From positions 6,262,001 through 6,326,000 of the forward strand of contig CATNEN010000002.1 in assembly GCA_950097015.1 (NCBI GenBank): 64,000 nt of DNA, in the 5' to 3' direction. The notes under the pieces are model-generated. The model did not search any database and had not been told where the DNA came from. It was given only the letters and a program-made list of their open reading frames with translations. The stretch's first letter is position 1. The number at the start of each line of letters is the position of its first letter. The position numbers and the translations under genes are program-made. This stretch comes from Macrostomum hystrix. Taxonomy: Eukaryota > Animalia > Platyhelminthes. Positions 47,820-61,200 of this stretch are shown here, piece after piece.

Positions 47820-50800
47820 ACAGTGACAGTGACAGTGGCAGTGACAGTGACAGTGACAGTAACAGTGACAGTGACAGTGACAGTGACAGTGACAGTGACA
47901 GTGACAGTGACAGTGACAGTGACAGTGACAGTGACAGTGACAGTGACAGTGACAGTGACAGTGACAGTGACAGTGACAGTGACAGTGACAGTGACAGTGA
48001 CAGTGACAGTGACAGTGACAGTGACAGTGACAGTGACAGTGACAGTGACAGTGACAGTGACAGTGACAGTGACAGTGACAGTGACAGTGACAGTGACAGA
48101 GACAGTGACAGTGACAGTGACAGTGACAGTTACAGTGACAGTGACAGTGACAGTGACAGTGAACAGTGACAGTGACAGTGACAGTGACAGTGACAGTGAC
48201 AGAGACAGTGAACAGTGACAGTGACAGTGACAGTGACAGTGACAGTTACAGTGACAGTGACAGTGACAGTGACAGTGAACAGTGACAGTGACAGTGACAG
48301 TGACAGTGACAGTGACAGAGACAGTGAACAGTGACAGTGACAGTGACAGTGACAGTGACAGTTACAGTGACAGTGACAGTGACAGTGACAGTGAACAGTG
48401 ACAGTGACAGTGACAGTGACAGTGACAGTGACAGTGACAGTGACAGAGACAGTGAACAGTGACAGTGACAGTGACAGTGACAGTGACAGTTACAGTGACA
48501 GTGACAGTGACAGTGACAGTGACAGTGACAGTGACAGTGACAGTGACAGTGACAGTGACAGTGACAGTGACAGTGAGAGAGACAGTGAACAGTGACAGTG
48601 ACAGTGACAGTGACAGTGACAGAGACAGTGACAGTGACAGTGACAGTGACAGTGACAGTGACAGTGACAGTGACAGTGAACAGTGACAGTGACAGTGACA
48701 GTGACAGTGACAGTGACAGTGACAGTGACAGTGACAGTGAACAGTGACAGAGACAGTGAACAGTGACAGTGAACAGTGACAGTGACAGTGACAGTGACAG
48801 AGACAGTGAACAGTGACAGTGACAGTGACAGTGACAGTGACAGTTACAGTGACAGTGACAGTGACAGTGACAGTGACAGTGACAGTGACAGTGACAGTGA
48901 CAGTGACAGTGACAGTGACAGAGACAGTGAACAGTGACAGTGACAGTGACAGTGACAGTGACAGTTACAGTGACAGTGACAGTGACAGTGACAGTGACAG
49001 TGACAGAGACAGTGAACAGTGACAGTGACAGTGACAGTGACAGTGACAGTTACAGTGACAGTGACAGTGACAGTGACAAAGACAGTGAACAGTGACAGAG
49101 ACAGTGAACAGTGACAGTGAACAGTGACAGTGACAGTGACAGTGACAGAGACAGTGAACAGTGACAGTGACAGTGACAGTGACAGTGACAGTTACAGTGA
49201 CAGTGACAGTGACAGTGACAGTGACAGTGACAGTGACAGTGACAGTGACAGTGACAGTGACAGTGACAGTGACAGTGACAGTGACAGTGACAGTGACAGT
49301 GACAGTGACAGTGACAGTGACAGTGACAGTGACAGAGACAGTGACAGTGACAGTGACAGTGACAGTTACAGTGACAGTGACAGTGACAGTGACAGTGAAC
49401 AGTGACAGTGACAGTGACAGTGACAGTGACAGTGACAGAGACAGTGAACAGTGACAGTGACAGTGACAGTGACAGTGACAGTTACAGTGACAGTGACAGT
49501 GACAGTGACAGTGAACAGTGACAGTGACAGTGACAGTGACAGTGACAGTGACAGAGACAGTGAACAGTGACAGTGACAGTGACAGTGACAGTGACAGTGA
49601 CAGTGACAGAGACAGTGACAGTGACAGTGACAGTGACAGTTACAGTGACAGTGACAGTGACAGTGACAGTGAACAGTGACAGTGACAGTGACAGTGACAG
49701 TGACAGTGACAGAGACAGTGAACAGTGACAGTGACAGTGACAGTGACAGTGACAGTTACAGTGACAGTGACAGTGACAGTGACAGTGAACAGTGACAGTG
49801 ACAGTGACAGTGACAGTGACAGTGACAGAGACAGTGAACAGTGACAGTGACAGTGACAGTGACAGTGACAGTTACAGTGACAGTGACAGTGACAGTGACA
49901 GTGAACAGTGACAGTGACAGTGACAGTGACAGTGACAGTGACAGTGACAGTGACAGAGACAGTGAAGAGTGACAGTGACAGTGACAGTGACAGTGACAGT
50001 TACAGTGACAGTGACAGTGACAGTGACAGTGAACAGTGACAGTGACAGTTACAGTGACAGTGACAGTGACAGTGACAGTGACAGTGACAGAGACAGTGAA
50101 CAGTGACAGTGACAGTGACAGTGACAGTGAACAGTGACAGTGACAGTGACAGTGACAGTGAACAGTGACAGAGACAGTGAACAGTGACAGTGAACAGTGA
50201 CAGTGACAGTGACAGTGACAGAGACAGTGAACAGTGACAGTGACAGTGACAGTGACAGTGACAGTGACAGAGACAGTGAACAGTGACAGTGACAGTGACA
50301 GTGACAGTGACAGTTACAGTGACAGTGACAGTGACAGTGACAGTGACAGTGACAGAGACAGTGAACAGTGACAGAGACAGTGAACAGTGACAGTGAACAG
50401 TGACAGTGACAGTGACAGTGACAGAGACAGTGAACAGTGACAGTGACAGTGACAGTGACAGTGACAGTTACAGTGACAGTGACAGTGACAGTGACAGTGA
50501 CAGTGACAGTGACAGTGACAGTGACAGTGACAGTGACAGTGACAGAGACAGTGACAGTGACAGTGACAGTGACAGTGACAGTTACAGTGACAGTGACAGT
50601 GACAGTGACAGTGACAGTGACAGTGACAGTGACAGTGACAGTGACAGAGACAGTGAACAGTGACAGTGACAGTGACAGTGACAGTGACAGTTACAGTGAC
50701 AGTGACAGTGACAGTGACAGTGAACAGTGACAGTGACAGTGACAGTGACAGTGACAGTGACAGAGACAGTGAACAGTGACAGTGACAGTTACAGTGACAG

Positions 50801-51524
50801 TGACAGTTACAGTGACAGTGACAGTGACAGTGACAGTGAACAGTGACAGTGACAGTGACAGTGACAGTGACAGTGACAGTGACAGTGACAGAGACAGTGA
50901 ACAGTGACAGTGACAGTGACAGTGACAGTGACAGTTACAGTGACAGTGACAGTGACAGTGACAGTGAACAGTGACAGTGACAGTGACAGTGACAGTGACA
51001 GTGACAGTGACAGTGACAGAGACAGTGAACAGTGACAGTGACAGTGACAGTGACAGTGACAGTTACAGTGACAGTGACAGTGACAGTGACAGTGACAGTG
51101 AACAGTGACAGTGACAGTGACAGTGACAGTGACAGTGAGAGAGACAGTGAACAGTGACAGTGACAGTGACAGTGACAGAGACAGTGACAGTGACAGTGAC
51201 AGTGACAGTGACAGTGACAGTGACAGTGACAGTGACAGTGACAGTGAACAGTGACAGTGACAGTGACAGTGACAGTGACAGTGACAGTGACAGTGACAGT
51301 GACAGTGACAGTGACAGTGACAGTGACAGTGACAGTGACAGTGACAGTGACAGAGACAGTGAACAGTGACAGTGACAGTGACAGTGACAGAGACAGTGAC
51401 AGTGACAGTGACAGTGACAGTGACAGTGACAGTGACAGTGACAGTGACAGTGACAGTGACAGTGACAGTGACAGTGACAGTGACAGTGACAGTGACAGTG
51501 ACAGTGACAGTGACACTGACAGTG
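47820..51524. repeat. (ACAGTG)n array expanded to ~3.7 kb with higher-order repeats, unit 3
   Basis: Same flanks as in U1 and U2; variant units ACAGAG, ACAGTT and AACAGTG recur periodically. Confidence 0.98.
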
Positions 51525-53119
51525 AGGTCAGTGCAGATGAAGGAAAACAAATCAGCACGTAAAATGATTAACAAAGGTATGAGGGTTGTGACATAAATTC
51601 GCTGACACTGCAGATATCAAATAAACAAAACAAAGAACAGCTAATTGTCAAGATTGCACTTCTCAACATAGTCACCCCCAAGCTGCACACATTTGTGCCA
51701 TCTCTCTGGCAGCTTGCTGATGCCCTGGGCGAAGAATTCGGTGGGGGTCCCTCGAACCCACTGGCTGATGGCCGAGCTGAGTGCAGAAAGGCTTCCATAG
51801 CGATGGCCACGAAGAGGCTCTTTCATTTTAGGGAACAACCAGTAGTCACTGGGGGCCAGGTCAGGAGAATGGTCAATGGTGGCTGCGCAAAACTGCTCTA
51901 GCTGACTAAACCTAATGGCTCCGAAACCTGCGAGCTTCCTTAAAAATGAAACCCGATATCCACACACTTTACTAGTCTCTATTGCATGGGTGTTCACTGT
52001 TCCCTTTGAGTTTATGTGAAACCCAGATACTTAGTGCTGAGCTCATCGGATCTATGGATGAGAATAACATAGGACAGAGGGGCAGCCAATTGTCTCACCC
52101 CCGATAGAAATGCAATGCCCCTCTGTGGCGAACCCCTCTGAAACTGCAATTTGGCTCCAGAGTACATGCCCTTGTACATGCCCTTGTACATGCCCTTGTA
52201 CATGACCCTGATCATTTCGGGGGTCACACCAAGCCCATTAAGCCGTTCAAATAGTGTGGTGTGATCCACCATGTCAAAAGCACTTTTAAGATCGAAGAAG
52301 ACCAGATAAAAGGGTTTCTTAAGCACTTTTTGCTGTGGATGAGGTGGCTGTGTGATCCCAGCAGTAGATATTGGAGAGTTCGGTACCCGATTCACATTGT
52401 CGTGTTATTTTGAGTAACTCTGAGAATCACTCAGCAGCTTCTGAAAGGAAACTCAGATATTTGAGACTCTAGGAGCATTGCGTGCAAGGCATAAGAATAA
52501 GAATTTTGCCGTGCAGGTGAGCCAAGTTTAACGCTAAAACTTCTCATACAAAAAATTCATTTGCTTTAGTCTCCACTTGAGCACTAACAAGATTGAATCG
52601 CATGAAATTTCTGACAGCTTGTCACCCTTAAAAAGTTCGAAAAGCTACAAAAGTACCCCTCTTTACAAAAGTAAATAAGCCGTCTTAGGAATCCAAAAAC
52701 TGTTTATTCAGCTGTTTTGTGAGCTCACACCCTCGACCTCTGTCTTCTCGAGTTCATCGGCTCTTCTGTCGAAGGTTCTTTCCACACTGGCGAAGTCTAA
52801 TTCTTAACCAAGTCACTCCCTCACTAGTATTGCACAATGTATCCTATGCGATTTTATGGTAAGGCACAAAGAGCATTGTGAAGCCCAGATGCATTCCGCA
52901 AATATTATTTTATTTAAGAAAGACCGCTTCTTCTAGCTCGTATTAATTGCTCCTAAATCAAAATGACAGTTCGTGACGAGCTAATTCAAAAGGAAATTAA
53001 ATGCTCCCGAAAGAGCAATACTCGTAAATAGCCTGCAACGCACCTCTTCATACTCAAAGGCAACTGCCGAATTCTGAGCACAATTTTCGTTCCAGCTGCT
53101 CAACTTTGTCTGCCTCTGT

Positions 53120-53788
53120 ATGGCCTGCTCTCCGTTGCTGCTGCTTCTCATCGTCGCTGCTGTCAGCTTAGGTATCATGGTTCACCTGTGCTCACTGCTC
53201 ATATCCTCCTCACGAGTGTAGGTCAGTTCAATGCGACCGGAATGCTCATTTCAGACTGCAGCCAAGCCATCATCTGCTTCTCCCGCAATGGAACCTCCCT
53301 CATTGACAATGGGACGGCTGTGCCTTGTGTGCCTTGTGCCGATGGGGAAACTGCAGTGCTCTGTGTGCAATATTTGTAACCGCATGAGTTCTGTTGCAAC
53401 GACAAAAGCTCCGTAGTAATCACTGAAGCTCTGCTGTAAGTTCAGACGCCAGGTAGCAATCGATTCAAAGCCATTTTTACTTAGGTTTGCCATAATAATA
53501 CTTCGCTGCCATTTTCAGTTTCACTATGCGGGCTGTACCAATAATAGCCAATGTCTGACAGCAGGTGCTCGTTGCTACCTGTGCGCCACTGACTACTGCA
53601 ACTCCATGACGCCTCCATCCATCAGCTTTTAAAAAATATTTTTATGGTCTGAAGTAACCATGGTCAAGAATAGGATTCTTAGGCAGTCTTCCACGTGCGT
53701 ATGGCATTTAGTGAACTGACAAAACGGCTACAATTCAAAACACAGGCTTCTGCTGACTGCGGCCCGTGCAACGCTACGGCGAATCCTT
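53120..53788 (+). pseudogene. Paralog B2: copy of B1 in unit 3
   Basis: Signal exon 53120-53171; exon-2 homolog from 53255 with stop at 53379; exon-3 homolog 53519-53632 with stop; exon-5-like start at 53746 (ASADCGPCNATANP) fused to the 47-bp array. Confidence 0.65.
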
Positions 53789-55900
53789 GGTCCATGCCAA
53801 GGTGTCACCCTGGCTCACAGGTGCTACAATGGGGTGGTCCATGCCAAGGTGTCATCCTGGCTCACAGGTGCTGCAATGGGGTGGTCCATGCCAAGGTGTC
53901 ATCCTGGCTCACAGGTGCTGCAATGGGGTGGTCCATGCCAAGGTGTCATCCTGGCTCACAGGTGCTGCAGTGGGTAGTCCATGCCAAGGTGTCATCCTGG
54001 CTCACAGGTGCTGCAGTGGGGTGGTCCATGCCAAGGTGTCATCCTGGCTCACAGGTGCTGCAATGGGGTGGTCCATGCCAAGGTGTCATCCAGGCTCACA
54101 GGTGCTGCAGTGGGGTAGTCCATGCCAAGGTGTCATCCTGGCTCACAGGTGCTGCAGTGGGGTAGTCCATGCCAAGGTGTCATCCTGGCTCACAGGTGCT
54201 GCAATGGGGTGGTCCATGCCAAGGTGTCATCCAGGCTCACAGGTGCTGCAGTGGGGTGGTCCATGCCAAGGTGTCATCCTGGCTCACAGGTGCTGCAGTG
54301 GGGTGGTCCATGCCAAGGTGTCATGCTGGCTCACAGGTGCTACAGTGGGGTGGTCCATGCCAAGGTGTCATGCTGGCTCACAGGTGCTGCAGTGGGTAGT
54401 CCATGCCAAGGTTTCATCCTGGCTCACAGGTGCTGCAGTGGGGTGGTCCATGCCAAGGTGTCATCCTGGCTCACAGGTGCTGCAGTGGGTAGTCCATGCC
54501 AAGGTGTCACCCTGGCTCACAGGTGCTGCAGTGGGGTAGTCCATGCCAAGGTGTCATCCTGGCTCACAGGTGCTGCAGTAGGGTAGTCCATGCCAAGGTG
54601 TCATGCTGGCTCACAGGTGCTGCAGTGGGGTAGTCCATGCCAAGGTGTCATCCTGGCTCACAGGTGCTGCAGTGGGTAGTCCATGCCAAGGTGTCACCCT
54701 GGCTCACAGGTGCTGCAGTGGGGTGGTCCATGCCAAGGTGTCATCCTGGCTCACAGGTGCTACAATGGGGTGGTCCATGCCAAGGTGTCATCCTGGCTCA
54801 CAGGTGCTGCAGAGGGGTGGTCCATGCCAAGGTGTCATCCTGGCTCACAGGTGCTGCAGTGGGGTGGTCCATGCCAAGGTGTCATCCTGGCTCACAGGTG
54901 CTACAGTGGGGTGGTCCATGCCGAGGCAGTCAATACTGTTCGCTTCAATTCAGCCCCATGTCCACGGCTGAAGAGGCTGAATTATATTCAATTTCGCTAA
55001 GCATTCGCCACAGAGTTTTTAGCTCAGTTGCCTTGACACTACTTTAAGCGGTGCAGCGTAAATATGCACGGAAAAAAATAATAAACCAATCTAAAAAGTG
55101 AGGTAAATAGAACATATTTCACTAAAGACATCCCTTTAAGTCCCTTAAAGTTGTCAGTTAGTTGGCAAAGTGTCTGAAACACTCGCTGAAGGCCAGTGCT
55201 GGTTGTTTATGTCATCAACAGGTGCTGTTTTAATATTTTGAAATAAAAATGCAAAAAGCACGATGTTGGCCTTATTACGAGGATAAAAAGCGAAATCAAA
55301 GTTATTGGAGAATGAGAAAGCGAGGAAAATAACGATTACACAAAAATATACTTAATTTGCATTTTAGGTCGCGCCTACAGTGCATACTCGAACTGCAACA
55401 CTGGTCTGAGGATTCAGTTGCAGTCTCTCTGTGTCATCTCTATTTTAAAACTCGCAGGTGTTTCTGCTGCGTCTCTATTGTCTTGCACCATTAAGCCCTC
55501 AAGTGTAAGACATTCAAAAGTAGCTTTTCTATTTTTATCCTTGCCTTGCGTCTCTAAAATGCCTAAAAATCTAAAATTGAAAGTTATCAAAGTTGGCCAA
55601 GTTTCCTTTGAACATTCGCTGCAAGGACCACTATAGTAGTCAGTAGTCTACTTTAGTCCTTGATTCGCTACAAGCCAGTGCAGGTTGTTTAGCTTATCAT
55701 TATTAGCGTTAATGTCTCTCTCTGAGCATACTCACTGTGAGATTGTCAAGCCAAGGACCACTATACTACAACCACTGGGTCATGATTCCATGAAGCACAG
55801 CAAGCTAGAAACGACATGCTATTGAAACTTTCTGGAAAACAGTCGAGCCCTGCCAAGCCGATTGCAAGCGACTATCCTCTTGCCGCGAACTTTTAACTGT

Positions 55901-57250
55901 AATTTATCCCACAGGTACAGACTTTCATTCATCCCACAGTTACAGACTTTCATTCATCCCACAGGTACAGACTTTCATTCATCCCACAGGTACAGACTTT
56001 CATTCATCCCACAGTTACAGACTTTCATTCATCCCACAGGTACAGACTTTCATTCATCCCACAGGTACAGACTTTCATTCATCCCACAGGTACAGACTTT
56101 CATTTATCTTACAGGTACAGACTTTCATTCATCCCACAGGTACAGACTTTCATTTATCCCACAGTTACAGACTTTCATTTATCTTACAGGTACAGACTTT
56201 CATTCATCCCACAGGTACAGACGTTCATTTATTCCACAGGTATAGACTTTCATTCATCCCACAGGTACAGACTTTCATTTATCCCACAGGTACAGACTTT
56301 CATTCATCCCACAGGTACAGACTTTCATTTATCCCACAGTTACAGACTTTCATTTATCTTACAGGTACAGACTTTCATTCATCCCACAGGTACAGACGTT
56401 CATTTATTCCACAGGTACAGACTTTCATTCATCCCACAGGCACAGACTTTCATTCATCCCACAGGTACAGACTTTCATTCATCCCACAGTTACAGACTTT
56501 CATTCATCCCACAGTTACAGACTTTCATTCATCCCACAGGTACAGACTTTCATTCATCCCACAGGTACAGACTTTCATTCATCCCACAGGTACAGACTTT
56601 CATTTATCCCACAGTTACAGACTTTCATTTATCTTACAGGTACAGACTTTCATTCATCCCACAGGTACAGACGTTCATTTATTCCACAGGTATAGACTTT
56701 CATTCATCCCACAGGTACAGACTTTCATTTATCTTACAGGTACAGACTTTCATTCATCCCACAGGTACAGACTTTCATTTATCCCACATGTACAGACTTT
56801 CATTTATCCCACAGGTACAGACTTTCATTTATCCCACAGGTACAGACTTTCATTTATTCCACATGTACAGACTTTCATTCATCCCACAGGTACAGACTTT
56901 CATTCATCCCACAGGTACAGACTTTCATTCATCCCACAGGTACAGACTTTCATTTATTCCACAGGTACAGACTTTCATTTATCCCACAGGTACAGACTTT
57001 CATTCATCCCACAGGTACAGACTTTCATTTATCCCACAGGTACAGACTTTCATTTAATCCACAGGTACAGACTTTCATTTATCCCACATGTACAGACTTT
57101 CATTTATCCCACAGGTACAGACTTTCATTCATCCCACAGGTACAGACTTTCATTTATCCCACAGGTACAGACTTTCATTTAATCCACAGGTACAGACTTT
57201 CATTTATCCCACATGTACAGACTTTCATTTATCCCACAGGTACAGCCTTT
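55901..57250. repeat. 25-bp intergenic minisatellite, unit 4
   Basis: About 54 units. Confidence 0.95.
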
Positions 57251-58229
57251 GATTTAAGAATACCAAAACACAAAAGCATGTCATAAATTTCTGCTCACGA
57301 ATATTTTTGGCATTTCGTGCACTTTGTCGAGTCTTGAGTCCGTTATAGAAGTGACGATGTGGTCTCAAAATATCTGGCCCAGCAGACCCTCAAAGCCCAG
57401 GTAAAAACGTCATTCGAGTCTTTAATAAGGCACCTCCAGAAATGCCACACTTGCGGCAGAAGCGGAAAATGCCTTTGCTTGCCCTGGAGAATTGAGCAGG
57501 ATGGCTTTTGTGAGAACACCAGACCCCAGCCAGAGCACAAGCTGGCAGAGTGCTCAGGACTGACGCTTGCCAGTTGGAAACGACAAGGGTGGCTGGGGTG
57601 CTAGGTGGCTGGGGTGCAGAGGTTGCTGTCACTGCGCATTGTCTACCTTCACTCCGTGTCATCTCACAATGCTCACCTACTTTCGGAGAAACAGCAAAGA
57701 CTCATTGAGACAATGGCTATTTGAACTGTAGTGGGTTTCGACTGAGAATAACTGCTATTGAGCACTGCTTAGGAGTTTGAGCAGTCACAATAGAAGGGCC
57801 TGAGCCATTGTCTTTGCCGGCAGGCTCAGCTATGCGACTCAGAAGATCGCCGCAGGCCCCGCTCTGAAAATGACAATCGGCACAACGGCAATGAGTCTCA
57901 GCCAAAAACTCAAAGCCAGCAGTCACTGTCCAGCTCTCTCAAAATCTTGGCCTCATAAACTGTACTTTTGTTTCTTTCGGTTTGCATTTTCTGGTACGAA
58001 AGAAGGATACTTCGTCAGGTCTATTTTTGCTCGCAATGACAGCTGTTGTACCTAATTAAAGTGAAGGATTATTGCGAATGGCGTCATTTTCACCTGGTTG
58101 CCAAGGAGACAGGATGCTGTGGCGCACAGCTCCGCGCGAGCATTTAAAGAGAGCCTCGAGCGGTGCTGTGAGATTTCTCAAGCCAGCTGCTCAACTCTCC
58201 TCACTGACTGCTCCACAGCTCGAATCTGC

Positions 58230-61200
58230 ATGGCCAGGCCTCCTCTGCTGCTGCTGCTGCTTCTCATCCTGACTGCCGTCAGCTTTGGTTAGTGCTGCAC
58301 CTGTGCTCACTGCCCTCACATGCACCTGTGCTCACTGCCCTCACATGCACCTGTGCTCACTGCCCTCACATGCACCTGTGCTCACTGCCCTCACATGCAC
58401 CTGTGCTCACTGTCCTCACATGCACCTGTGCTCACTGTCCTCACATGCACCTGTGCTCACTGTCCTCACATGCACCTGTGCTCACTGCCCTCACATGCAC
58501 CTGTGCTCACTGCCCTCACATGCACCTGTGCTCACTGTCCTCACATGCACCTGTGCTCACTGCCCTCACATGCTTTGATGATTGCAGACAGCTGTCAGGC
58601 AATCAACTGTTTTACTCGGAGCGGGACATCAACAACAGACAATGGGACGACTCTGGCATGTGGGTCAGCTACAGCGTGCTTCTCAAGCACATACAATGGG
58701 GTAAGTCTGAAGTTTCTCCTGATTTGTTTTCGACAAATTGTTTTGAAGTGGACCTTGAAGTGAAAGTATCTTTGAATTATTGCGAGTCTCATATTTAACG
58801 CAGAGGAAGTTAAAAAGAAGAAAAAACAATTTCATTGATGCATGGCTACCTAAGCCTCAGGGCAGCTGTCCTTGAGAATAGATATCTCTGAAATACTTTC
58901 CTTGGGCTTCCGTGGTATCCCACTTGTGTCACCAAGCAGTCTATTTTATCTTATGCAGTTTGAAACGCAAAACTAACAGTTTTTCTGAGATTTTTTTGCT
59001 ATTTAAAGGGGCAGTGCTATACCTGTTCCAACTGCACTTTGATAAAAAGTGGACCTCGTTTTCAACTTCTATTTGGCACCTGCTGTAAAATATTTTCTCA
59101 TAGAAATTCTCGGTCTCACATTTCACAATGTTTCACAAGCTCATGTTTTCCTGGTCCAAAAGAGGAAAGAGTGTCTCAACTCAGGCTTGCAGATTTCTTG
59201 CTCATATTTTTCGGCTGAAAAAATATCATTAAAATGATAATATAAGTAGTTATAATAGAAATAGCCAAATGAGCGCATGACTCATCATTCCAGCTAAGAT
59301 TTGCGGGCTGCACCAGCAATGGCCAGTGCGGCAGTTCAGGCCCGGACTGCTACGTGTGCAGCACGGACTACTGCAACAGCGTGACCCCCTCCTCCATCAG
59401 CTGCTTCTACCGCTCAGGATCTTCCAGCAGCACCGACAATGGAACTGTGGTCGCCTGCCACTCCGGGGTCTCAGCCTGTTACTTCTACATGGGATGGGTG
59501 AGTTGAGCTGAGAAGCTAAACTAAATTAGCTCTTGAAAAGGTGTGCGCGTTTCTGCAGTGCAGTTCACTTTTTGAACTTTTTAAAACTTTTATTTAAATG
59601 CAACGTGTCGATAATATTATTTTAAATTAACTTTTTTCTACATCTCAATATAAAGAATGTTTTTTTCATTGGGAGCAAAGTCCTTGTTTGTCAGCTGATT
59701 TAATTGCTAATGCTGCTGTGTACTTCAAGCGAGTGTCGATTTTGAGCTGACAGTCAATGACTTGCTGAACTCGCTCCTCGGGACCTTACTGAAGGATTAA
59801 TTGAACAGCTGGGAGCGGCTGGCGAAGCGGAGGTGGTGGGTGAGGAATGAGCCCAGCGCTCAAGGTGAAGAATGGGATGTGGGAATTTCGGTATTTACAG
59901 CGCTTTTGAAACCAAGACTACAATCAGGACTGCAGTCTTAGTTTTATCTTTTTACAAGGTTAGTTGTCTCTGCCATTGGCAGAACTGGCATTAAAAATAG
60001 AAATTTCTTGACAGTAGATCGACCCGTGCCTTTGACATTGTAGGGATCAACTGGCAGCTATGCCGGCTGTGGCAACATCATCACCTATGAGAAAGTTCAG
60101 CTGTTCACCTGCAACTCCAGCCTGTGCAACTCCCGAACACCGTCAGCCATCAGCTGCTATGTGGCATCAAGATCTCTTGGTTCCACCAACAACGGATCTG
60201 CAGTGCCCTGTCCTACTGGAATAAAGACATGCCATGTCTTCAGTGACACCTACCCCTTCTCTACGGTAATTCTCCCGCCGGGGTGATCTAAATCTACAAC
60301 ATGGCTTCTATCATTTAGAATAAGAAAAAAGTAAGCAAGACACCACATAAGCCTGGAAGAGGCAAGAAGAATGAGCATAGCAGAGGCAAGAAGAATGAGC
60401 ATGGCAGAGGCAAGAAGAATGAGCATGGCAGAGGCAAGAAGAGTGAGCATAGCAGAGGCAAGAAGAATGAGCATAGCAGGGACAAGAAGAATGAGCATGG
60501 CAGGGACAAGAAGAATGAGCATGGCAGAGGCAAGAAGAATGAGCATAGCAGAGGCAAGAAGAATGAGCATGGCAGAGGCAAGAAGAATGAGCATAGCAGA
60601 GGCAAGAAGAATGAGCATAGCAGAGGCAAGAAGAATGAGCATGGCAGAGGCAAGAAGAATGAGCATAGCAGAGGCAAGAAGAATGAGCATAGCAGGGACA
60701 AGAAGAATGAGCATGGCAGGGACAAGAAGAATGAGCATGGCAGAGGCAAGAAGAATGAGCATAGCAGAGGCAAGAAGAATGAGCATAGCAGAGGCAAGAA
60801 GAATGAGCATAGCAGAGGCAAGAAGAATGAGCATAGCAGAGGCAAGAAGAATGAGCATGGCAGAGGCAAGAAGAATGAGCATAGCAGAGGCAAGAAGAAT
60901 GAGCATAGCAGGGACAAGAAGAATGAGCATGGCAGGGACAAGAAGAATGAGCATGGCAGAGGCAAGAAGAATGAGCATAGCAGAGGCAAGAAGAATGAGC
61001 ATAGCAGAGGCAAGAAGAATGAGCATAGCAGAGGCAAGAAGAATGAGCATAGCAGAGGCAAGAAGAATGAGCATGGCAGAGGCAAGAAGAATGAGCATAG
61101 CAGAGGCAAGAAGAATGAGCATAGCAGAGGCAAGAAGAATGAGCATAGCAGAGGCAAGAAGAATGAGCATGGCAGAGGCAAGAAGAATGAGCATAGCAGA

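Noticed and set aside
47820-51524. (ACAGTG)n as RAG/Transib RSS heptamers (CACAGTG) or telomeric repeat
   Set aside because: The repeat is GACAGTG, lacking the essential CAC; there are no nonamers or 12/23 spacers; it is interstitial and not a known telomere motif. The SDSD/TVTV/CHCH ORFs are artefacts.
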